DNA of 63,525 nucleotides. Origin: Candidatus Omnitrophota bacterium. Its GTDB lineage: Bacteria; Omnitrophota; Gorgyraeia; Gorgyraeales; Gorgyraeaceae. Below the pieces are notes generated by a model. It saw nothing but the letters and a program-made list of their open reading frames with translations, did not search any database and had not been told where the DNA came from. The stretch lies in NCBI GenBank assembly GCA_030691625.1, contig JAUYDX010000078.1, forward strand, positions 1 to 63,525, in the 5' to 3' direction. This document shows, in pieces, positions 54,586-63,525 of this stretch (its first letter is position 1; every line of letters starts with the position of its first letter). A program made the position numbers and the translations under genes.

Positions 54586-55626
54586 TCAGAACATTTCCTT
54601 TTGCGACTCTTTTTTATACGGCACCTTCAGGTGATCGTACGCCAGTTTTGTAACTTCTCTGCCTCTCGGAGTCCGCTTAAGAAAACCTATCTTGAGCAAA
54701 AACGGCTCCACCACATCTACTATGGTGTCACTTTCCTCGTTCAACGTGGCTGCCAGGGATTCTATGCCTACCGGCCCGCCGTTATAAAAATCTATTATGG
54801 CCTTCATGACCTTTCTGTCTATCTCGTCTAGGCCCGCGGAATCTATCCTGTGGGAAGAAAGGCCGGCAATCGCGATTTCTTTATCGATCTTTTTATTGCC
54901 TTTTACCTCGCTGTAATCCCTGACCCGCCTTAAAAGCCTGTTTGCCACGCGCGGTGTGCCGCGCGAACGGCTGGCGATCTCTATGGCCGCGTCCTTATCA
55001 AGCGGTATGCTTAAAAGTTCCGCGGAACGCTCTATTATCTTTACCAGGTCATCCGGTTCGTAGAAATCAAGGTGATAGAACATCCCGAACCTGCCTCTTA
55101 ATGGCGCGCTCAATAATCCCGCTCTTGTAGTAGCGCCGATAAGCGTAAATCTCTTCAGGTTAAACTTTATGGTCTTCGCGTACGGCCCCTTATCTATAAG
55201 AAAATCTATCTGATAATTTTCCATAGCAGGATATATAAATTCTTCCACGACCTTTGAAAGCCTGTGTATCTCGTCTATAAAAAGTATGTCGCCCTCCCCG
55301 AGATTCGTAAGGATGCCTATCAGGTCGCCCGCCCTTTCTATGGCAGGGCCTGAGGTGGCAGTGATCTTGGAGCACATCTCGTGGCTTATAATATGCGCTA
55401 AGGTAGTCTTACCTAAACCCGGCGGCCCTGAAAGTAATATATGCTCAAGGCCTTCCTTCCTTTTTTTCGCTGCCTTTATAGCTATGTTTATATTCTCGAT
55501 TACGCTTCTTTGGCCTACAAAATTCTTCAGGCTCTCAGGCCGGAGCGATATATTGAATACCGCCTCTTCCTCTGCCTCCTGGCCTGTAATCAACCGTTCC
55601 CGATCGTCGTTCTGCTTCATATCCAT
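54586..55626 (-). CDS. ruvB: Holliday junction branch-migration helicase RuvB
   Basis: 346 aa with GPPGLGKTT and IDEIHRL motifs. Confidence 0.94.
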   Translation of the reverse strand: MDMKQNDDRERLITGQEAEEEAVFNISLRPESLKNFVGQRSVIENINIAIKAAKKRKEGLEHILLSGPPGLGKTTLAHIISHEMCSKITATSGPAIERAGDLIGILTNLGEGDILFIDEIHRLSKVVEEFIYPAMENYQIDFLIDKGPYAKTIKFNLKRFTLIGATTRAGLLSAPLRGRFGMFYHLDFYEPDDLVKIIERSAELLSIPLDKDAAIEIASRSRGTPRVANRLLRRVRDYSEVKGNKKIDKEIAIAGLSSHRIDSAGLDEIDRKVMKAIIDFYNGGPVGIESLAATLNEESDTIVDVVEPFLLKIGFLKRTPRGREVTKLAYDHLKVPYKKESQKEMF

Positions 55627-55656
55627 AAAAGGACATATCCTTCCGTATCATTTCTC

Positions 55657-55699
55657 AACAACTTGACACTTGTGACATTGTTTGAAGTGTCAAGTTGTT
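55657..55699. repeat. palindromic element family P2 (asymmetric centre)
   Basis: AACAACTTGACACTTGTGACATTGTTTGAAGTGTCAAGTTGTT, between the ruvB start and the ruvA stop. Confidence 0.88.
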
Positions 55700-55708
55700 T
55701 GGCTGCCT

Positions 55709-56338
55709 CTATTTTTTAATCTTTTGTTTATAGACCTCGTTCAAAAGGTCCTCAGCTGTTTTGATAGCTGGGTTACGCTTCAATGCCTCGTCCAGCATAA
55801 CTTTCGCCTCGAATTTTTTATATTCGAGCTGTAATAATACCCCCATTGCCTCTTCCTGTATATCGCGTTTTTCGGTGAACGCTTCGGCGCTGGTACCGCT
55901 ATCCTGTATAAGCCCGAATTTCCCGACCTTACCCTGGAGTTTGGCCACGATCTCCCTGGCCCTCTGCTCGCCTATGCCAGGCAGGGACTTTAAGAAAGGC
56001 ACATCTGCCATATCTATTGCCCTGGCGATCATTGATATGGGCATTTTCAGCGCCCTTACTGCAGCCTTCGGCCCTATGCCAGACACGGTTATAAATTTTT
56101 CAAAGAATTCCTTTTCTATCTCGTTCAAAAATCCTATAAGGCACTGGAATCCCTTTGACGGTTCCAGCTGAAAATAATGGAACGTAATAAGAGAAATAGC
56201 GCCGTCCGGCTGAATACTATGGTCCAGGCACTGCATGACAGCGCCAGGGATAAAGACCTCGTAACATATGCCGTTCACGTCTAATATCACTGAATCCTCT
56301 TTTTTCTCCACTAATTTACCTGAAATCCTTGAAATCAT
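55709..56338 (-). CDS. ruvA: Holliday junction DNA-binding protein RuvA
   Basis: Start trimmed to MISRISGKLVEK (56338). HhH motif LKSLPGIGEQRAREI. Confidence 0.9.
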   Translation of the reverse strand: MISRISGKLVEKKEDSVILDVNGICYEVFIPGAVMQCLDHSIQPDGAISLITFHYFQLEPSKGFQCLIGFLNEIEKEFFEKFITVSGIGPKAAVRALKMPISMIARAIDMADVPFLKSLPGIGEQRAREIVAKLQGKVGKFGLIQDSGTSAEAFTEKRDIQEEAMGVLLQLEYKKFEAKVMLDEALKRNPAIKTAEDLLNEVYKQKIKK

Positions 56339-56816
56339 TTCTGTGTCCCCATATATTAGCGTGCGTGATGGCAAGCGCCAGCGCATCTGTGATATCAACA
56401 GGTTCAGGAGGTTTCTTAAGCCCCAGGAGGCTCGTGACTGTCCTCTGCATCTGTTCCTTTGACGCCCTGCCTCTTCCCGTGATGGCCTTTTTTATCTTAG
56501 TGGTCGGGTAATTCACGAGCGTTACATCCTGATGTTCCACTGCCAGGCATATGGCGCCCCGCGCGTGCCCCATAAGTATAGAGGTCTTTGGATGCTTGTA
56601 ATGCGAATACACTTCTTCCAGGACCACTGCCTCAGGCACGGTATCTTTTATCAGGCTTATTATCTTTTTATAGATGCTTGCCAGGCGTTTTTCCATTTTG
56701 TCTTTTGCGCTTGACCGTATAATGCCAGCCTCTATCAGCCTGACGCTGTTCCCTTGCGCGTCTATAAGCCCGTAACCTGTAATCCCCAACCCTGGATCTA
56801 TACCCAGTATCTTCAT
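56316..56816 (-). CDS. ruvC: crossover junction endodeoxyribonuclease RuvC
   Basis: Start trimmed to MKILGIDPGLGITGYG (56816). The track's extra 11 codons read into element P1. Confidence 0.9.
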   Translation of the reverse strand: MKILGIDPGLGITGYGLIDAQGNSVRLIEAGIIRSSAKDKMEKRLASIYKKIISLIKDTVPEAVVLEEVYSHYKHPKTSILMGHARGAICLAVEHQDVTLVNYPTTKIKKAITGRGRASKEQMQRTVTSLLGLKKPPEPVDITDALALAITHANIWGHRNDFKDFR

Positions 56817-56824
56817 TATTTCCT

Positions 56825-56872
56825 TTGTCCAACTTCGCAAGTTGCCCAACTGGGCAACTTGCGAAGTTGGAC
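56825..56872. repeat. palindromic element family P1
   Basis: TGTCCAACTTCGCAAGTTGCCCA-AC-TGGGCAACTTGCGAAGTTGGACA, between the mlaE stop and the ruvC start. Confidence 0.9.
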
Positions 56873-56882
56873 AGGTTACGAA

Positions 56883-57665
56883 TTATGGAAATATAAAGTA
56901 AAACAAAGCTGTGAATAGACAGTCAGCGGCGATTATTAAAATAAATGATATGACAACAGAACGGGTGGTGGCCTTGCCCACGCCTTCTGCCCCGCCCTCT
57001 GTGATAAAACCTTCATAGCACGAGACTATGCATATGATTATAGCGAATATAAATGACTTAAAAAGGCCTGTGAAAAGGTCCTTGAACGCGAGCGTGTCAA
57101 AGGTCATCTTCCAGTATATGGTGGAGCCTATGAGAAGCTTGTACACGCCTATTATGTAACCGCCGACTATGCCTACGAAGTCAGCGTAAGCAGTGAGAAG
57201 CGGGAGCATGATGCAGAGCGCCAGGAATCTGGGCACAACAAGATATTTCACGGGATTCGCGGCCAGTGTCCTTAACGCGTCTATCTGCTCGCTCACTTTC
57301 ATTGTCCCCAGTTCCGCTGTGATGCTGGCCCCTACCCTGCCCGCGATTACAAGGGCTGTCAGCACAGGGCCGAGTTCCCTTAACATGGAAAGCGCCACGA
57401 GGCTGGATATATACATCTGCGCGTTCATCTTGGTCAATTGATACGCGCTCTGAAGCGCAAGCACCATACCCGTGAAAAACGCCACTAAGAAAACTATAGG
57501 AAAACTCAAAACACCTACCTTGTACATCTGTATGACCCATTCTTTTTTGCGGAACGGCAGGACAAATACCTGGAATATAGTGCTTACCATCAGGTTAAAG
57601 GTGCCGCCTATATAAATAAAAAAATTCAGGGCCTTTATGCCAAGTCCGCTTATCCACTCTCTCAT
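56883..57665 (-). CDS. mlaE: ABC transporter permease (MlaE-like)
   Basis: 260 aa, multi-TM, with LRELGPVLTALVIAGRVGASITAELGTMKVSEQIDAL typical of MlaE/YrbE. Confidence 0.85.
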   Translation of the reverse strand: MREWISGLGIKALNFFIYIGGTFNLMVSTIFQVFVLPFRKKEWVIQMYKVGVLSFPIVFLVAFFTGMVLALQSAYQLTKMNAQMYISSLVALSMLRELGPVLTALVIAGRVGASITAELGTMKVSEQIDALRTLAANPVKYLVVPRFLALCIMLPLLTAYADFVGIVGGYIIGVYKLLIGSTIYWKMTFDTLAFKDLFTGLFKSFIFAIIICIVSCYEGFITEGGAEGVGKATTRSVVISFILIIAADCLFTALFYFIFP

Positions 57666-57674
57666 AACCGCCTC

Positions 57675-58667
57675 TTAGAATTTCCTTTTATGCTCAACCC
57701 CGAAAAATTCCTCGTTTTCCTTCAGCTTCATCTGAAAAGCATGGTTCTCGCCGTCCAGTTTATATTCCACGCTCATCTCGTCCTCTTTATCCCTTTTCTG
57801 ATAAGGCGGGAGTTCTTCCCTGGCAAACGTCTTGAACCCCACGCTCATATTATCGCCTATGCCTTTAACCATCTTCATGCTGTCTGCTCCGTCTTTTTCT
57901 ATATCCCATCCGTCCCACACTATTGTCTTCATGTCAGATTTCATTTTTAGATACCTCATCGGGTCTGAACTCGCTATTGTCCTGAGGTCCACATACCCTT
58001 CAAGCGTGAACGTGGCCTTTTCCTGTTTTATCCTGGATTCCACTATGTTTATTATCGGGCCGCGCCCCTCGATCTTTATCTCGGCGCTGTCATACCATAT
58101 AGGGCCTATCTTCCCCTGCCTCCCTCCGATAAAACCGCTCGACTGGAGATTATCAAGCGGGCCTGTTATTTTTAACAGCCCATTCATAACACCTGTCACC
58201 ACATCCGGCTTTTTCGCGTTTGTTACTATCGCGATATCCCGCAGATTAGCCCTGAGTATCTCAAAATATATATCTGTCTCGAAAGGCCTTTTCAATCCCA
58301 CTGTGCCGCTTAAACAATAGGATTTCCCAAATCTCAATGAATATATCCTTACGGTGCCGCCTGTGAGCTTAAAAAATATCTTCAGATCCGGCAGGGCCTT
58401 TGAATTCAGCGTCATATTCGCTGAATCAAGCTTGCCGAACAGCCCCTTATTTTTCAGCACCTTGGCTTTTAAAATAATATTTCCTGAAAGAGCAGCGCCT
58501 TTGATATCCAGGTTGTCTATCCTTAATTCTGAAACTATCCTTTTGGCGTCGGAAAAATAAAAATTTAAAGAGATTGCCTTGTCAATCCCGAAATCCATGG
58601 CAGGCGCGCTAATCGCGGCTGCCAGGATAAAAACCACAATCGAGGCTATAATTTTTATGTACTTCAT
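57675..58667 (-). CDS. hypothetical exported or membrane-anchored beta-rich protein (possible AsmA/TamB-like)
   Basis: Start trimmed to MKYIKIIASIVVFILAAAISAPA (58667). Upstream codons of the track ORF run into palindrome P5. Confidence 0.55.
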   Translation of the reverse strand: MKYIKIIASIVVFILAAAISAPAMDFGIDKAISLNFYFSDAKRIVSELRIDNLDIKGAALSGNIILKAKVLKNKGLFGKLDSANMTLNSKALPDLKIFFKLTGGTVRIYSLRFGKSYCLSGTVGLKRPFETDIYFEILRANLRDIAIVTNAKKPDVVTGVMNGLLKITGPLDNLQSSGFIGGRQGKIGPIWYDSAEIKIEGRGPIINIVESRIKQEKATFTLEGYVDLRTIASSDPMRYLKMKSDMKTIVWDGWDIEKDGADSMKMVKGIGDNMSVGFKTFAREELPPYQKRDKEDEMSVEYKLDGENHAFQMKLKENEEFFGVEHKRKF

Positions 58668-58706
58668 TCTATGTTTATGTTCCGCGTAGATTCCGCGATT
58701 GTTTTT

Positions 58707-58735
58707 GTAGGGACAGGACATTGTCCTGTCCCTAC
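58707..58735. repeat. palindromic element family P5-like (GTAGGGACAGGAC-ATT-GTCCTGTCCCTAC) bracketed by an imperfect 20-bp direct repeat
   Basis: 13-bp perfect arms. The direct repeat is 58681-58700 versus 58737-58756 (16 of 20 identical, the last 10 TTCCGCGATT identical). Confidence 0.8.
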
Positions 58736-58754
58736 ATCCGTGTTAGTTCCGCGA

Positions 58755-61217
58755 TTACTTAAACACCAGCCTGCCGTTTTCAGCGCTCACCTTTATTGGT
58801 TTTCCTTTTTCAGCGCGTTTTGAAATAATCTCCTCTGCCAGCGGGTCTTCCATAAGCCTTTGTATGGTACGTTTCAGAGGCCTGGCCCCAAAAACAGGAT
58901 CAAACCCATTTTCTATCAGAATGTCTTTAGCGGACTGATCAACATCTATCGTCACTCCCTGCTCCTTCAGCCTTTTCATAACCTCTTCCAGTTCTATCTC
59001 TATAATCTTGTAAAGGTCTTCTTTAGTAAGCGAATGAAACACTATTGTGTCGTCTATCCTGTTCAGGAATTCAGGTTTGAACGTCTTCTTGACCTGTTCG
59101 AGGAGCCTTTCCTTCGTATCTTTGTAAGTCATCTCGTGGCTCTCTGATTTAAAACCAAGCGAACCATGTTTCCTGAATATCTCCGCGCCTACATTGGACG
59201 TCATGATAAGTACCGTATTCCTGAAATCCACCTTCCTGCCAAAACTGTCTGTGAGACGGCCGTCTTCCAGGACCTGGAGTAATATATTGAACACATCCGG
59301 ATGGGCTTTTTCTATCTCGTCCAGAAGCACCACTGAATAAGGCCTGCGCCTGACTTTTTCCGTAAGCTGTCCGCCCTCTTCATAGCCCACGTATCCAGGA
59401 GGAGCGCCTACGAGTCTCGACACATTAAATTTCTCCATGTATTCAGACATATCAAGCTGTATGAGGGCATTTTCATCTCCGAACATAAACTCCGCGAGCA
59501 CCCTTCCCAGATGGGTCTTGCCCACGCCTGTGGGCCCCAGGAATATAAATGAGCCGATGGGCCTCTTGGGATTTTTTATTCCAGCGCGCGAGCGCCTTAC
59601 CGCGTGCGCGATGGCAGCCAGTGCCTCGTCCTGGCCTATAATCCTATTGTGCAGAACCTCCTCCATTTTCATAAGCCTCTCGGACTCTTTTTCCTCAAGC
59701 CTGAAAATAGGTATGCCTGTCCATTTTGAAACTATATTGGCGATCATCTCTTCGTCTACCCTGGGCCTGGCCTCCATCCTGCTCTTTTTCCATTCCTCCC
59801 GCGTCTTATCAAGCTTTATCCTGGAATTCTTTTCCTCGTCCCTGAGATTCGCGGCCTTTTCAAAGTCCTGGTTTTTTATCGCGGAGTCTTTCTCTTTATG
59901 GATATTCTCTATCTCGCTCTCCATGTCTTTTATTTCTTTAGGGGCTGTCATGATAGAGAGCCTGGCCTTCGCGCCAGCCTCGTCCATAAGGTCTATTGCC
60001 TTATCAGGCAGAAATCTTCCCGCGATATACCTGTCTGAAAATTTCGCGGCCGCCTCCAGCGCGGAATCCGTAATCTCAACCCTGTGATGCGCCTCGTACC
60101 TGTCCCTCAGGCCTTTTAATATTTCTATTGTCTCGTCAACGCTGGGCGGGTCAACCATGATGGTCTGAAAACGCCTTTCAAGAGCGGCGTCTTTTTCTAT
60201 GTGTTTCCTGTACTCATCGAGCGTGGTGGCTCCGATGCACTGTATCTCGCCCCTTGAAAGCGCCGGCTTCAATATATTTGAGGCGTCTATCGCGCCCTCC
60301 GCGCCTCCCGCGCCGACAAGCGTGTGAAGCTCGTCTATAAATATAATCACATTTTCAGATCTCTTGATCTCGTCCATCACCGCCTTTATTCTTTCCTCAA
60401 ACTGTCCCCTGTATTTTGTCCCAGCCACCATAAGCGCGAGGTCCAGGATTATCACCCTTTTATCCTTTAATACCTCAGGCACATCCCCTTTTACTATCTT
60501 CTGCGCAAGGCCTTCCACTATGGCTGTCTTTCCCACGCCTGCCTCGCCCAAAAGAACAGGATTATTTTTCGTGCGCCTTGAAAGTATCTGAATAACCCTT
60601 TCTATCTCGTTCTCCCTTCCGATAACAGGGTCTAATTTATTGTCGCGCGCGAGCTGGGTAAGATTCCTGCCAAACGCGTCAAGCGCAGGGGTCTTGGAAC
60701 TGGTCCTCTGCTGAGATGCCTGACCCTGCCCGGCCTGCCCATGTCCTGGCGAAGGCGGAGCGCCAAAACCAGACTGCATGCTGGAACCCAGGAGCTCTGC
60801 TATTTCTTCCCTCACCTTATTAAGGTCCAGTCCAAGATTCATCAGTACCTGCGACGCCACTCCTTCGCCTTCCCTTATAAGGCCCAGGAGTATATGCTCT
60901 GTGCCTATATAGTTATGGCCCAGAGACCTGGCCTCTTCGCTTGAAAGCTCCACCACCTTTTTAGCTGTAGGCGTAAACGGTATGTCTCCGGATACAACCA
61001 TTGGCGGGCCGGGCTTGACAATCTTTTCTATCTCCATGCGTATCTGCTGAAGATTCAAACCCATCTTCTGCAGGACAACCGCGGCCACGCCCTCTCCCTC
61101 TCTTAAAAGCCCAAGCAGTATATGCTCTGTGCCTATATAATCGTGGTTAAATCTTTTTGCCTCTTCTTTTGCCAGCAGTATTACCTTTCTCGCGCGTTCA
61201 GTGAACCTGTTGAACAT
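58755..61217 (-). CDS. clpC: ATP-dependent Clp protease ATP-binding subunit ClpC
   Basis: 820 aa with Clp_N repeats and two AAA+ modules ([16 protein letters not shown]). Confidence 0.93.
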   Translation of the reverse strand: MFNRFTERARKVILLAKEEAKRFNHDYIGTEHILLGLLREGEGVAAVVLQKMGLNLQQIRMEIEKIVKPGPPMVVSGDIPFTPTAKKVVELSSEEARSLGHNYIGTEHILLGLIREGEGVASQVLMNLGLDLNKVREEIAELLGSSMQSGFGAPPSPGHGQAGQGQASQQRTSSKTPALDAFGRNLTQLARDNKLDPVIGRENEIERVIQILSRRTKNNPVLLGEAGVGKTAIVEGLAQKIVKGDVPEVLKDKRVIILDLALMVAGTKYRGQFEERIKAVMDEIKRSENVIIFIDELHTLVGAGGAEGAIDASNILKPALSRGEIQCIGATTLDEYRKHIEKDAALERRFQTIMVDPPSVDETIEILKGLRDRYEAHHRVEITDSALEAAAKFSDRYIAGRFLPDKAIDLMDEAGAKARLSIMTAPKEIKDMESEIENIHKEKDSAIKNQDFEKAANLRDEEKNSRIKLDKTREEWKKSRMEARPRVDEEMIANIVSKWTGIPIFRLEEKESERLMKMEEVLHNRIIGQDEALAAIAHAVRRSRAGIKNPKRPIGSFIFLGPTGVGKTHLGRVLAEFMFGDENALIQLDMSEYMEKFNVSRLVGAPPGYVGYEEGGQLTEKVRRRPYSVVLLDEIEKAHPDVFNILLQVLEDGRLTDSFGRKVDFRNTVLIMTSNVGAEIFRKHGSLGFKSESHEMTYKDTKERLLEQVKKTFKPEFLNRIDDTIVFHSLTKEDLYKIIEIELEEVMKRLKEQGVTIDVDQSAKDILIENGFDPVFGARPLKRTIQRLMEDPLAEEIISKRAEKGKPIKVSAENGRLVFK

Positions 61218-61233
61218 AAAACAATCCTCCTGT

Positions 61234-62286
61234 CTATTGTTTTCCGAATTTATCCCTGATAATCTCCGCCCTTTTCACATCCCTCTGATTCGGGCCGAGT
61301 TTCTTTTTCTCCAGTTTCTGCAGATGGGCAGGCTGGGTGATCACAAAAAGCTCGTTTATCAGAGTCCTGTCCGCCTGCTTTATGACTCCCAGGTCAACCC
61401 CGAGCCTCACGAGCGAAAGCAGGTCTATTGTCTCGGTGCTTGTTATAATGTGGGCGCTCTTCAATGTGCCGTACGCCCGCCAGATCCTGTCTTCAAGGGC
61501 TTCCCTTGTCTGGGAAAAAAGCGTTTCTCTCGCGCTCTGCTCGTGGTCAACTATCTGCTTTATGATCCTCTCTATATTATCTATTATCTCTTCCTCTTTG
61601 TGGCCCAGCGAAACCTGATTAGAGATCTGGAAAAAATTACCGCTCGCCTCTGTGCCTTCCCCGTACAGGCCGCGCGCTGTCAGGCTAAGCTTCGTGATTG
61701 CCTGAAGCACTTTCCCGATCTGTTTTGTCATGACAAGCGAAGGCAGGTGCAGCATCACAGACGCCCTCATGCCTGTGCCTGTATTCGTGGGGCAGGCTGT
61801 CAGATACCCCAGGTCCGCGGAATACGCGAAATCCAGGGAATTTCCCAAATCATTATCCACCTCGTCTATTATCTGCCACGCCTCTTTAAGGTTAAACCCT
61901 GATTTCATGACCTGGATGCGCATGTGGTCTTCTTCGTTTATCATTATACTTATGACCTCGTCCTTGCCCACGCACAGCCCCTTGTTCTCTGAATCTATCA
62001 TGTGTTCCTTGCTCATCAGGTGCCTCTCCACAAGGAATTGTTTGTCTATCGGGTCCAGCTTCCCTATCTCTACGAACATGGAATCCTTCAGGCTCTTGAC
62101 CTTCCCTATGCTTTCTCTGGAAAGGGCCATGACAGTTTCCTGTTCCTTCTTGCTGGCCCAGTGCGAAAAAGGGTACTCCGCGAGATTTCTTGCCAGCCTC
62201 ACGCGCGAAGACATCACGATATCGCACAAAGGGCCTGTGCACCTGATCCATTCGCCGGTATTGTTCAAGAGATCATCTAAAGTCAT
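61234..62286 (-). CDS. mcsB: protein arginine kinase
   Basis: 350 aa with NEEDHMRIQ and [12 protein letters not shown] (guanido kinase signature). Confidence 0.9.
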   Translation of the reverse strand: MTLDDLLNNTGEWIRCTGPLCDIVMSSRVRLARNLAEYPFSHWASKKEQETVMALSRESIGKVKSLKDSMFVEIGKLDPIDKQFLVERHLMSKEHMIDSENKGLCVGKDEVISIMINEEDHMRIQVMKSGFNLKEAWQIIDEVDNDLGNSLDFAYSADLGYLTACPTNTGTGMRASVMLHLPSLVMTKQIGKVLQAITKLSLTARGLYGEGTEASGNFFQISNQVSLGHKEEEIIDNIERIIKQIVDHEQSARETLFSQTREALEDRIWRAYGTLKSAHIITSTETIDLLSLVRLGVDLGVIKQADRTLINELFVITQPAHLQKLEKKKLGPNQRDVKRAEIIRDKFGKQ

Positions 62287-62297
62287 GCCTTCTCCTC

Positions 62298-62807
62298 TTA
62301 TTTATTATTCTTCTTCTCCTGCTCCTTTATTTTATCGCGGAGCTTCGCTGCCTCTTCAAAATCCTCTTTCTGTATCGCCTTCTGAAGCCTGTCTTTCAGT
62401 TCCTGCAGGTCGTTCTTCGCCTTTACTACCTTGGCCATCTTTTTAGGGGATTTGCCATAATGCTGGGTTGACCCGTGTATCCTTTTTAATAGAGGCACAA
62501 GCGCCTCTCTGAAGGCATTGTAGCATTCCCCGCAGCCGAGCCTTCCGACCTTTTTGAAGTCCTCATATGTAAGGCCGCACTTGGGGCATTTGAGTTTACT
62601 GGTTTCTGTCTTTGTCTTAGGGCTGTTAAACTGCGTTCCGAGATCAGCCAGGCCTGCCAAAAGGTCGCTGAGCCCGAAATGGCTCTCCATCTGAGCGCCT
62701 TTTTTCTGGGCGCATTCCTCGCACAGGTGAAGTTCTGTTATCTGTTCGTCTATGATCTCTGTGAGATGCACTGTAGCCTGATTCTTGCCGCAGATGTTGC
62801 AAACCAT
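62298..62807 (-). CDS. mcsA: McsA-like activator (Zn-finger plus UVR-domain protein)
   Basis: 169 aa with N-terminal CxxC pairs and a C-terminal UVR motif FEEAAKLRDKIKE. Confidence 0.85.
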   Translation of the reverse strand: MVCNICGKNQATVHLTEIIDEQITELHLCEECAQKKGAQMESHFGLSDLLAGLADLGTQFNSPKTKTETSKLKCPKCGLTYEDFKKVGRLGCGECYNAFREALVPLLKRIHGSTQHYGKSPKKMAKVVKAKNDLQELKDRLQKAIQKEDFEEAAKLRDKIKEQEKKNNK

Positions 62808-62819
62808 ACACCCCTCCGG

Positions 62820-63525
62820 TTAGTATTTCACCCCGTCTGTCTTTGTCAGTTTCCTGAATTCCTTCATCAGGCTTAACGTGACCTTGCCCGGCTTTCCGGT
62901 TCCTATCATCCTCTTGTCAACGCGGATAACAGGTATAATCTCAGCCGCAGTGCCTGTAAGAAAACATTCATCCGCCGTATAGATGTTATGCCTTGTGATG
63001 ACTTCTTCCTTTACTGTCATGTCCTGCTTACCGGCAATGTCCATAACGCCTGCTCTGGTAATCCCCTTAAGTATACCGAGATAAGCCGGAGGAGTCACCA
63101 GTTCATCGCCTCTTATAATAAAAATATTGTCTCCGGTGCATTCCGCCACATATCCCTGAGCAGTAAACATCAACGCCTCTTCACATCCTGAATTTATCGC
63201 CTCTATCTTCGCTAGGATATTATTCAGGTAATTCAGGGATTTTATCTGAGGATTCAGCGCCTCCGGAATATTCCTGGGCGTGGGCACCGTAATAATGCTC
63301 AAACCTTCTTTATACAATGATTCAGGGTAAAGCTTGATGCTGTCTGTTATGATGATAATAGACGCGTTCTTGCATTTCCTTGGATCGAGCCCGAGATCCC
63401 CTATGCCTCTTGTCACGATAAGCCTGATATAAGCGTTATCCAGATTATTCAGCTTGAGCGTATCCACCACAGCTTTGACCATCTCTTCTTTTGTAAGAGA
63501 GATATTCAGCATGATCCCGTGAGCT
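62820..63525 (-). CDS. ilvE: branched-chain amino-acid aminotransferase (class IV), N-terminus outside the window
   Basis: The frame stays open upstream of the track's Met (..AHGI-MLNISLTKEE..). YIRLIVTRG and TGTAAEIIPV motifs are present. Confidence 0.88.
   Translation of the reverse strand, partial: AHGIMLNISLTKEEMVKAVVDTLKLNNLDNAYIRLIVTRGIGDLGLDPRKCKNASIIIITDSIKLYPESLYKEGLSIITVPTPRNIPEALNPQIKSLNYLNNILAKIEAINSGCEEALMFTAQGYVAECTGDNIFIIRGDELVTPPAYLGILKGITRAGVMDIAGKQDMTVKEEVITRHNIYTADECFLTGTAAEIIPVIRVDKRMIGTGKPGKVTLSLMKEFRKLTKTDGVKY

Noticed and set aside
5999-58735. Whether the recurring palindromes could be a CRISPR array or arrays.
   Set aside because: The copies are dispersed singly between genes over 50 kb, with no regular repeat-spacer periodicity and no cas genes. 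They are REP/MITE-like elements, not CRISPR repeats.
4238-63191. The many plus-strand ORFs (60-240 aa) listed in the track opposite known genes, e.g. 5104..5628, 21546..22094, 24862..25377, 30231..30959, 59437..60087, 61201..61902, 61730..62446.
   Set aside because: All lie antisense to well-supported minus-strand genes and have Ser/Leu/Pro/Phe-rich low-complexity translations typical of shadow ORFs. None has a recognisable domain or an SD.

Overview
This is a 63.5-kb stretch of a moderately AT-rich, diderm-type bacterial chromosome, as shown by Mla lipid-transport genes, a beta-barrel-like protein ending in Phe, and a prepilin peptidase. Lineage cannot be fixed from sequence alone; the gene content is reminiscent of uncultivated groups such as Omnitrophota, which is inference only. 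There are about 64 protein genes, all but two on the minus strand and separated by very short gaps, plus a tRNA-His/Arg/Pro cluster. Most of the window is housekeeping: rdgB-rph, two-subunit class I fumarase, queE/queC, xerC-topA-dprA, aroK/aroC/aroE, leuA-ilvC-ilvN-ilvB-ilvD, greA, alr, tsaB/tsaE, thiL, mtnA, metG, holB, tmk, cysS, ispF/ispD, mlaD/F/E, ruvCAB, clpC-mcsB-mcsA and ilvE. Three accessory regions stand out. (i) At 1-1500 a large serine recombinase gene, absent from the ORF track, sits next to tRNA-His and carries odd nested inverted 17-mers. (ii) At 12.3-19.8 kb an AT-richer, terminator-insulated three-gene operon encodes an exported NDK-fusion protein, an exported degenerate histidine-kinase-like ATPase, and a 1354-aa cytoplasmic histidine kinase / methyltransferase-like / pseudokinase-like protein, with no response regulator. 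This is my best candidate for an undescribed system. (iii) At 44.2-49.4 kb a defence island lies between tmk and cysS: an HsdR-less type I-like M+S pair whose HsdM carries a fused nuclease-like domain, a small membrane protein embedded in that operon, and AbiEi/AbiEii. Superimposed on all of this are at least five families of dispersed palindromic elements (22 copies listed). They fill the tiny intergenic gaps and twice sit in frame inside genes (dprA, mtnA). All functional calls come from motifs I recognise by eye; no database search was possible.
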